Made by a program: the position numbers and the translations under genes. From the NCBI GenBank assembly GCA_951406725.2, contig OX597814.1, forward strand, positions 200,384,001 through 200,448,000: a DNA stretch of 64,000 bases. Reading direction: 5' to 3'. How positions within the stretch are numbered: the first letter of the stretch is position 1; every line of letters starts with the position of its first letter. The DNA comes from Octopus vulgaris. Lineage: Eukaryota. Shown piece by piece: positions 55,565 through 64,000 of this stretch. The notes under the pieces were generated by a model. The model saw only the letters and a list, made by a program, of their open reading frames with translations. It ran no database searches and was not told where the DNA came from.

Positions 55565-56639
55565 AGGCTTCTTTCAGTTTCCACTAACCAGATCTACTTA
55601 CAAGGCTTTAGTTGACCTGAAGCTATAGAAGATACCTGTCCATGGTGCTACACAGAGGGACTGAACCTAGAATCATGTGGACTTCTTACTGCACAGCTAT
55701 GCCTTGGTGAAAAAATTTTTTTTTAATTGGGTCTTTGAAATTTTTTGTATCACATTCCTAGAAATAATCTCTGTAAATTCATTTTCCTCCAAACTTTTTA
55801 TAAACCACAGTTGCATTTCAGAATACTGAAATACAATTTTAATATACAGAAGACACTTTACGTAAGAGGTATTTAGTCTCTAAATCAACCAGATTTGAAT
55901 GCCACAAAGGACCCTCTCCAGTTTTGTATATTGTATACACTTTGGTTATATTGCATTGTCTCTGATAGTGTTAAGTGTGAAAAATCTATGGAAGCAGTAC
56001 ATAACTACGATGTTAATGAAACAGTTTAACAATGTCATACAGGAGAAAAATATATTTTGTATTATAATTTCCCAGACTATTAGTCTCTACACATATATAT
56101 ATTTATATCTATCTATACAGCATGCTTTGATTGGTCTGACCTTCTGATGATGGTTGAAGATTGAACAGATTGAAACATAGTGTAGATATAATTATTGTAA
56201 ATATACTCTTTATAGATGAGGTTAACAGTCTGGAAAGTTGTAATCTTGACAACTCATCTGAAACATTTGAATATTTACTTCGACTTTAAGAAAGCTTAAT
56301 TTTGAATCAAATAATTCAAAATGAGAAGTAAATTGAAAATGCCACCAAAAATATGATGACGTTTATTACTTTATATCACAGTTGGTAAACAATTTTGTTA
56401 TTGGTTGCCAATTTTCAATGGGCTAATCAGGGGTTCATTGCATTTCTTACAATTACAACAGAGTGTCTATAATTTGATGGAAATATTGCTACAGACTTTG
56501 TTCAAAGAGCTGGGTTTTCTTCTTTGTTTTGTTGATGTTTACATCTTTTGCTGATAAGCATTGATGAAAGATATACAGGACATAAGGGGTATTTAAGAAT
56601 GCTTTATCAGTAAATATTACTATCTTCAATTAAACAATT

Positions 56640-57785
56640 TAATTTTGTTTTTCAGCTCCATGGCTGATAAAATACTAATACATGAAATGGAAAGACATGC
56701 AGTCATTGTTGCCATATGTAGAGAACTCATTGATTTAGAAATTGCAAGATCTTATATACACAGAGTTCAGATGGAACTGGAAGCCTCTGGCAGGAATTTT
56801 TCAATGGCATCAAAGAGAAAAAAGAAAACATTCTTAACTTTTGGACACTGTAAGGTTACAACAATTCATCCAACAGGTTCAAAACATTATTCATGACGAT
56901 CTCAGAAAATTAATAAAGAACTTCACCAAAGAAGAACTTCAGGTGTCAGAGTGGACTAGCAGAACTGTGCTGCACTAGGACATTTGATAGGAGTCATATG
57001 TCCTAAGGAGAGGCCTATTCATGTCTGTAAAGACACAGAAAAATCATTTGGTTCATGCCAAGCGGTTACTTGACAAGGTTAAAAACAGACTTTGTAAACA
57101 TGGCATGCTTTGATTTTTTTCTGATGAGAAAAACTATGACCAACACCAAAAGTCTAACTAGAGAAATGACAAATGGTTATGTGCAGATCCTTATGTCCCT
57201 AGAGTGATGCTTACTCAGCTTCCAGAAACTGTAATGGTTTTTAGGGGTGGTGAGTATTGAAGATCATGTAATGCCACCTGACGTCTTTGCACAAGGAATT
57301 AGAGTTAATGCTGCAGGATGTATTAAAGTGCTGGTAATTGTTAAGTTCTGGATAGATGAAATACCAAGTGTGAAGGGCCATTTGTGTTTCAACATGACTC
57401 AGCACCTTCTCATAAAGCACTAATAATCAAAAATGAATGTTAGACAATCTTTAACACTAACACCAAATTTATGGCAAACAAATTTGCTATATTATAATCT
57501 CATAGACTACTACTTTTGGAGCATTGTTGAAAAGGAGACTAATGAACAATTTCACAACACCATAGCCTCAATGAAGGCTACCATTGTCCAGTTAATCAAT
57601 AATGGCTACATAGCAAAACCTCGTCATCGATTCTGGTCCAACATTGAATCAGTCATCAAAGTTGAAGGTGGATTCATAAAATAATCTTATAAAAAAAGTT
57701 TATCAAGAATCTGTGCACAAATCTTTATTAAAATACATTTAGCTTTTGTTAGATTAGAGTTATTTTATTAAATTAAGACCCTGTA
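56640..57785 (+). mobile_element. Degenerate Tc1-like DNA transposon
   Basis: FSDEKN (~57118), VFQHDSAPSH (~57385) and NLIDYYFW (~57495) are DDE transposase motifs; right end ..accctgta at ~57778-57785; left end uncertain. Confidence 0.85.
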
Positions 57786-58437
57786 CATATAAACACATAC
57801 ACAATGAACTTCTATACACTTTCAATCTACCAAATCCCCTACCCCCACAAAACTTATGGATACCCTGATGCTATCATAGAAGACAGTTGCTTAAAGTGTA
57901 GTATTAAACCCAGAATCATGTGTCTAGGAAGTAAACTTCTGATCCACATTATCTTGCCTCAGATACTTACTATGTGCTGTGATATCCATCATTTTCCTAT
58001 CTATATACTAACAATGCTTTATATAAACTACAAGTGTTATGACAATACTTTCTAATTATGTATTAGCTAACAAAGATTGATCATATGACAAAATTTTAAT
58101 TCCATGAAGTTAATTACTAATTAATTTCAAGCTCAGATATTAAGCTTGATTTATTTTTACATCTTGTGATTATAGTTTAGTTGAGTTTGAGCTGCTTAAC
58201 TTTTGATTAAATCTTAAAGTTCTAAACCACAGATATCTACATCTTCTGCAGAAATCCTAAACTGCATGATACCATAGTACAAATGCGAAAGAAAGGATAG
58301 TTTGTTATTTCCCATAACCTTAAATGAAATTAAGGCCTATTTTGCCATAAATATTATTATGGGTATCAGAAAGTTACCCAGAATAACAAATTCTATCGTA
58401 AAATTTTGTTGTATACCCAATTGAATATTAGCTAATA

Positions 58438-58716
58438 ACCCATTTTCTATAGCGATGTTTGAACAAAATTTTAATTTTAGATTTTGTTGAATTTACCTGT
58501 ATCTACCTGCAATTAGAGTCACTTTGTGACAAAAATTATAGTATAGAATTGGTTGAGAATATTTCATTAAATTATCTTCCAAAAATCAGATTAATATATT
58601 GATAAATAAAAAAGTTATAGTTGTTTAATGAAACCAGACTAAATTTATGATTACGTTAGAAATTAATTGAAACACATAAGGGGTGTATTTTGGTCAGAAA
58701 TATAGTAACGAAAGGG
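58438..58716. mobile_element. Probable piggyBac-type MITE
   Basis: taaCCCATTTT.. left end and ..GTAACGAAAGGGttaa right end form an imperfect TIR. Confidence 0.45.
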
Positions 58717-59789
58717 TTAAGGGTCTTCTGAGAGAGAAATAAAGTTTAAGATCATTTCAGAAAGAATTTCTCAAAAGACTTCCTGTTTATATTATATGTG
58801 TGCTGGATTTTTGTATTTTACGAAATACATTTCTCTAGATTTTGGCTACTATTTATTTATTTATTTAATAATTCTTAATATGGAAATCAATACCAAAGAA
58901 CTGTTATCTTCTAAATATATGTGAAAACACATGTAGTCAACATAACTGTATTCAACTTATCTGGGCAAGTTAAAGGGCATGAAAACAGACAATAAAAATC
59001 AACAAGTGAAAACCATATTCACAATATACACCAATAATAACTATACAGTATAAGAAAATTTAATCTAAATTCATGATTATAGTTATATTTTTATGATTTT
59101 ATACTGAGCTAATTTAATTTTATCAAAATTTTCAGTTTTGAACAAGACTGAGAAATCTATTTAGAGGCAGCTCTACAGGACTAACAGTTAAAGACGTTTC
59201 TTTTTGTTTAAAGAAAGACTTAATAAAATATTAGATTCATGGATAATGGTTGGTAATGAAATTGATGAAAAGAAGAAAAAAAAGATGAAAAGAAATGTAC
59301 AAATATGACAGTAAGATGTCAGACATGATAAAGTGGATATGTGAATATGAACTAAGTGTATAAAGAAACAGGTGATGCAATAGAAGCAGCTTTTGTTGGA
59401 AATGCATGCATATTTCATTGCAATGAATATTATTTCCTCTTACATCTTCCTGGAATTATGAATTCAGTAGAATATAAAAAAAAAGAAAACAATAGGGATT
59501 CAATATTGGGAGTTTATATTTATATACACACATATAAATATATACACATACACATACATGCACCCACAAACACACACACTAATATATGTACACACATATA
59601 TGCATGCATGCATACACACACTCACACACACACACACACAAGAATAGATAAACTTGAGTAACTTCTTTGGTGTAAATATTTCCAAACAATAGAAACATTT
59701 ATTGGTTTTAATGCACTTTTATCTCTTCTAACATGCATTACACAATACATCAAAACATCAGCTTCAGTTTTTATTTTCTACTTGGCTTC

Positions 59790-60650
59790 AAAATTTCTTC
59801 AAGTAGGTTGTAAAGAATAATATATTTCCTCAATTCCCCATAAGATGTATCATAACCTTGTAGAATGCAACAGTAATAAACTATTTTCGATATTTTCCTC
59901 ATGGTAAGGAAAAGATGGTAACTTATTCTTATTCTTTGTGAACCTAAACAGGTATGGGTATCATGTTATGTATATAGGGATCATAGTGAAACCTGTTCTA
60001 TATTGGAAGCTAACCTATTCAATGCAAGAAAATAAGAAGTTAAAGCTGTGGTTTGCAGTGGGAGCTGAACAAAACTACCATCTTTCAAAGAATTCATTAG
60101 TTTCCTCTTTTTTTTTTTACGATCCCTTTGAATTTCTACTCCCCCTTTTTTTCCTTCTTTTCTTCCCCAAAAGAAAAGCTTTACATTGTATTTTGTCCCC
60201 TGTGTGGCCAATAAAGAAACATATAAATAGTTAAAGTACACAAACTTCTCTTTCGCTAATAGTCAAAAGCCTAAATGATCCAACCAGGTTTGATAACCAT
60301 ACAATGTCAGCCTAAACACAGATATACACATACATTTTAATTCATATGCCTGTGTGTTTGTGTGTAACACTTATCAAAGATTTTGTGTTTCATCATACAC
60401 AACATTAAATACAGCTCATTCAAAATGATTAGAACATTTTAATAAATGCTTGTTCTTTAAAATTCATAATTGTAATGTAATTTGATGGTTCCATTAAATT
60501 TGAATAATACAAGAAATACCTTGAGAACTGAATGTCTTCCCTTAAACTAAGCAATTAACTTTTGAGTAACATGAGCATGAAAGGTGATCAGTCAAATAAC
60601 TGTAGCAATTCTGCACCAGATATCATTTATCTAATATAGTGACCACTTAA
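59790..60650 (+). pseudogene. TMEM249: Possible decayed TMEM249 (CatSper theta)
   Basis: VECNSN..W*G (~59860-59910; VQQEPN..WKG); ungapped VNLNRYGYHVMYIG (59938-59979; LNHTRGVYHFSIQG); YL..KL/INF (~60517-60563; YLGRYIARKLNINYF). Confidence 0.5.
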
Positions 60651-61199
60651 TATTCCGCATATACAAGTAGGCTTATAAATCAGATGCAAGGTCTGCTAGT
60701 TTAGAGCTGACATGATGTTCAACAACTAAAATATTCTAATTACATTTGAGAAAATTATTGAAATAACTCTTTAAAATGAAAAATTAAATTTACCAAATTT
60801 AATATGAATTATATCTAAACAGAATAAAACAAGATAACGCAAAAATTTACATCAGAAATGTCTAAATGTTCTTAAGATTTAATCATTTTTCCTAAACCGT
60901 AAATAAAAAGAAATTTCTTTAAATAATCTAGATTCTATTGAACACAATTCTTAACATAAAATATACAATATTAACAAAAAAAAAAAAATTAGCAGCAGAT
61001 AAAACTTAAAATCACATCCTCAGATGAATGCTGCTTGTCATTGTCTGTATTATTATCATCATTTGTTCTTATATTCAGTAGGTTGAAATGCCATTTGGAT
61101 GTTAAATCTACTATGGTTCACTAAAAAAAAAAAAGAAATGTCTATTTAAAATTTTTAACCACCAAGGCTCAGTTCTCATCAGCCCCCTCCTGTTTATCC

Positions 61200-62060
61200 T
61201 AGTCCTCCAGGCTCTGACAGGGGAATTCAACACCAGCTGTCCCTAGGAACTCCTCCACACTAATGACCTTCTTATATATTTCTTTACTATACCCACAAGG
61301 GGCTAAACAGAGGGAACAAACAAGGACAGACAAAGGGATTAAGTCGATTAGATCGACCCGATGCGAAACTGGTACTTTATTTATCGACCCCGAAAGGATG
61401 AAAGGCAAAGTCGACCTCGGCGGAATTTGAACTTGGAACGTAACGACAGACGAAATACGGCTACGAATTTCGCCCGGTGTGCTAACGTTTCTACCAGATC
61501 GCCACCTTAATGACCTTCTTACAGCTGAATCCCTACCCGACCTAGAGAAGAAATTTCATGTGTGGAAACAAGGTCTGCAATTTAAGGACTTTTGGGTTAA
61601 TTTAGCAAAAGTAGGAAAACAGACAAATCACAAATTCCATCTGGGAGATGGCCCTGCTTGATATGTAAGAAGGGTGCTCATAGAAAGTCCATACGTTGTA
61701 TCCAGTGCAAGCTTTGGATACATAAGAGGTGCAGCAGCATCAAAGGAAGGCTAATGGGAATATAATCTTTGTGCATAGCAAATGTGAAGGTACAATAAGC
61801 ACTAAAAATATGTAGACAATAGGCATCCTCAAATGCTTGGCTGGATCATTAGAAGTAGTAGATAGCTTTTGTTACCTAGCGGACCAAGCTAGCAGTGCGG
61901 AGAGAGTACTGAAAGTATATTTACTAGGATACGAATGAGCTGGGTGAAGTTCGGAAAGCTTCTACCTTTGTTGGTAACTAAGGCCTCTCCCTCTGAGTGA
62001 AAGGCTGATTGAATGATGTCAGTGTACACACATTTATGCTACATGGCAGTCAAACACAGA
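61200..62060 (+). mobile_element. RTE LINE fragment interrupted by a young SINE A (61275-61507, minus strand)
   Basis: WKQGL..VNLAK, CIQCK.WIHKRCS, VVDSFCYL motifs; SINE TSD taatgaccttctta at 61261-61274 and 61508-61521. Confidence 0.8.
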
Positions 62061-62514
62061 CACTGACTACAGAGGGAAACTAGATATTAAACATGGAAAC
62101 TAGATATTAAATGATGATGATGATTAAATACTTTTGCAGAAATATAGCATGAATACACAAAAATAAAGAAACTGTCTATGCTAGTGAAAACTTATGCATA
62201 AACTCAGCATCAGATACTTAAGGCAATCATTTAGATAGATTGTTTAAATTTTAAATGGCTGTGATTATTCTTGTCTCTTTATTTAGAACATAGGTAGAGA
62301 CAAATTTTAAAAAGAAAACTGATGAATGTACAGACATGACTGCAGAGTTAAAAAGTTTGTTTTCTAACCAGGTGGTTCCATGTTTCATACCACTGTTTAG
62401 CATATTGGGAGGAAGCGTTTCCTACCATAACTGCAGATTGATATATATATATATATTGAGAATCAAATTTAGTAAATGTAAAATGTGTGGGAACTTGTAG
62501 AATACACATACACA

Positions 62515-62870
62515 AAGTCATTCAGGAAGGTGTAACATCCAAGGACTGACATAGCAGCATAATTGTTAGCTGCTGCAAGGGTAAGAGTGATACTTTAGAT
62601 ACAAGCAATTATAGAGGTATTGAACTCATGGACAAGGTGATGAAAATTACAGAGAGAATTATAGCCTAATTAATTAGGAGTAGAATTAAGCAAGATGAAA
62701 TGTAATTTGGCTTTGTCTAGGGAAGAAGTACTACTGACACTATTTTCATAGTCAGGCAATTGCAAGACAAATACTTAGCTAAGAATAATCCATTATATTT
62801 GGCATTCATTGATTTACAGAAAGCCTACTGTGTGATATGGTGGGCTCCAAGGAAGCTAGGGATAGACATT
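62515..62870 (+). mobile_element. RTE LINE reverse-transcriptase fragment
   Basis: NYRGIELM..VMKI, FGF..GRSTTDTIFIVRQLQDKY, AFIDLQKAY. Confidence 0.85.
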
Positions 62871-62879
62871 TAAATATAC

Positions 62880-63750
62880 ATATGAATTTAGTCCTTCCAA
62901 ATTCTGTTATGAATGAGAACCCCAAAAGATTCCACTGTCAAAAACATTCATAAGGATATCTTATTTCTCTCATGCATTTGCTTTTGTTATTCTGATTCTG
63001 TTCAAATCCTATTGGATTTCTTTGGCTTCCAAACATAACATGACAGTGAAGTCATTTGATCACATTACAAAATGAGTGAGTGTGCATATTAAATCTACTC
63101 TTAAATTTATTCATAGTTATTCTTATACAGGATTTTGTTGAGTCAGGTGTTTTAACAGAACACTTACATGCTAACTGTATTAAGACATATATTTCATTGG
63201 CCATGTATTCAAATTGTCTGGACCCCTAATCAGTTACCAATACTATTATAATGTGTTTTATTGAATCCCAGTGTAGCTTCTTGTTAAATATGATAATCTC
63301 ACTGCATTCTTACAAATGATTTTGTGGTAACTATTATAGGGTGAGAAATGTTTAGCTATGAATGTAGCATCTGCCTTGCTGAAGAGTAGTTAGAAGTATG
63401 TTATACGTCTATGTTCATTTCTGTTTTTATAATACCTCATCTCTATTATTAATATAACCTTGTCCACAAATCTACTCCTAAAGCAACATTATAATATACT
63501 GGATAGTCTCAAAAAATTTTCTTGTTTGTAGAAATGGCTAAAATCCTCACGAAAATGCTGGTAAATTGTTTTTGATGTTTCTAGAGTGTTTAAAGGACTT
63601 TACTAATGTCACTTAAAGTTTTGAGTTTATGGAAAGGATAATAGTCCTTTGGAAAGATTAAGAGTAATATCTCAAAAATCAACAGTCTGCTCTATGTGTA
63701 TCTACATCAATATGGAAATGAAAACTGGTAAATTTAAACAGAAATATTTT
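62880..63750 (+). pseudogene. CATSPER3: Decayed CatSper pore-forming subunit 3
   Basis: KTFIRISYFSHAF (62941-62979; RAFVKRVIMSRFF); ungapped DFVES..IKTYISLAMY (63131-63208; EFSEI..MKVYVDPINY); MNVASALL (63358-63381; YTVASVLL); NG* (~63533; filter DGW); KMLVN (~63552; KQLDN). Confidence 0.62.
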
Positions 63751-64000
63751 CCATAATCAATGTCCAACTAAGTTATCACTTTTTACATCAATGCTCACTT
63801 CAATTTTCATATCTTATAAGAACAATGAAATAAGTACCAGACAAAATACTAGGATTGACATAATATAGTAAACACCTTGCATGTGACAACCCAGCATGGC
63901 CACACCCTATAACTGATACATGCGAAATATGCAAAAAAAAAAAGAAAGAAAATAACTGAATATGAACATAGAGATTGAGTTAAATCTGTTTGCATATAAA

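Larger units (their letters stand above)
48932..59780 (+). pseudogene. CATSPERG: Decayed CatSper auxiliary subunit gamma
   Basis: ALLFAVIF..ILLYPNC (~48975-49040; ALLAVLL..IKDFQEC); LFLMLHVNID (49497-49526; LFHMLVDSPID); CQTKMKTKLFQFGY (49746-49787; CEEKPSEDLVRMGH); LWLMLEPS..IFGHI (50113; LWHTVDQS..ILGGI); IYD (~50280); TEE/YMLE (~52430-52453; TEEIWYLLE); KAPPVLQKIFLTEN (52735-52776; RARPPRVLERSGFHNEN); IGC (56400-56408); IQDI (~56573; IQDL); LNKTEKSI* (59138-59164; LDKTNSLIW); IKWIC (59328-59342; IEWLC); CNEYYFLLHLPG (59419-59454; CNYQLTFLLHIHG). Confidence 0.78.

Overview
AT-rich, repeat-dense eukaryotic genomic DNA with no intact long ORF. The SINE repertoire resembles octopus/cephalopod DNA, which is my inference. 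Between SINEs, RTE/CR1-type LINE fragments, Tc1/mariner, hAT, piggyBac-type and Helitron relics, the unique sequence appears to hold decayed remnants of almost the whole CatSper sperm calcium-channel complex. They lie in tandem, all on the + strand, in the order CATSPER1 - CATSPERE - CATSPERD - CATSPER2 - TMEM262 (eta)? - EFCAB9? - CATSPERB - CATSPERG - TMEM249 (theta) - CATSPER3. Each is riddled with stops and frameshifts, and most carry TE insertions. I made these calls by eye, translating frames and comparing them with human protein sequences recalled from memory. Single motifs are short and could be chance; the support comes from many collinear, correctly ordered and often correctly spaced anchors per gene. 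They need tblastn or profile-HMM confirmation, and gene boundaries are approximate. The window also carries two families of palindromic Penelope-like relics containing hammerhead-ribozyme cores.
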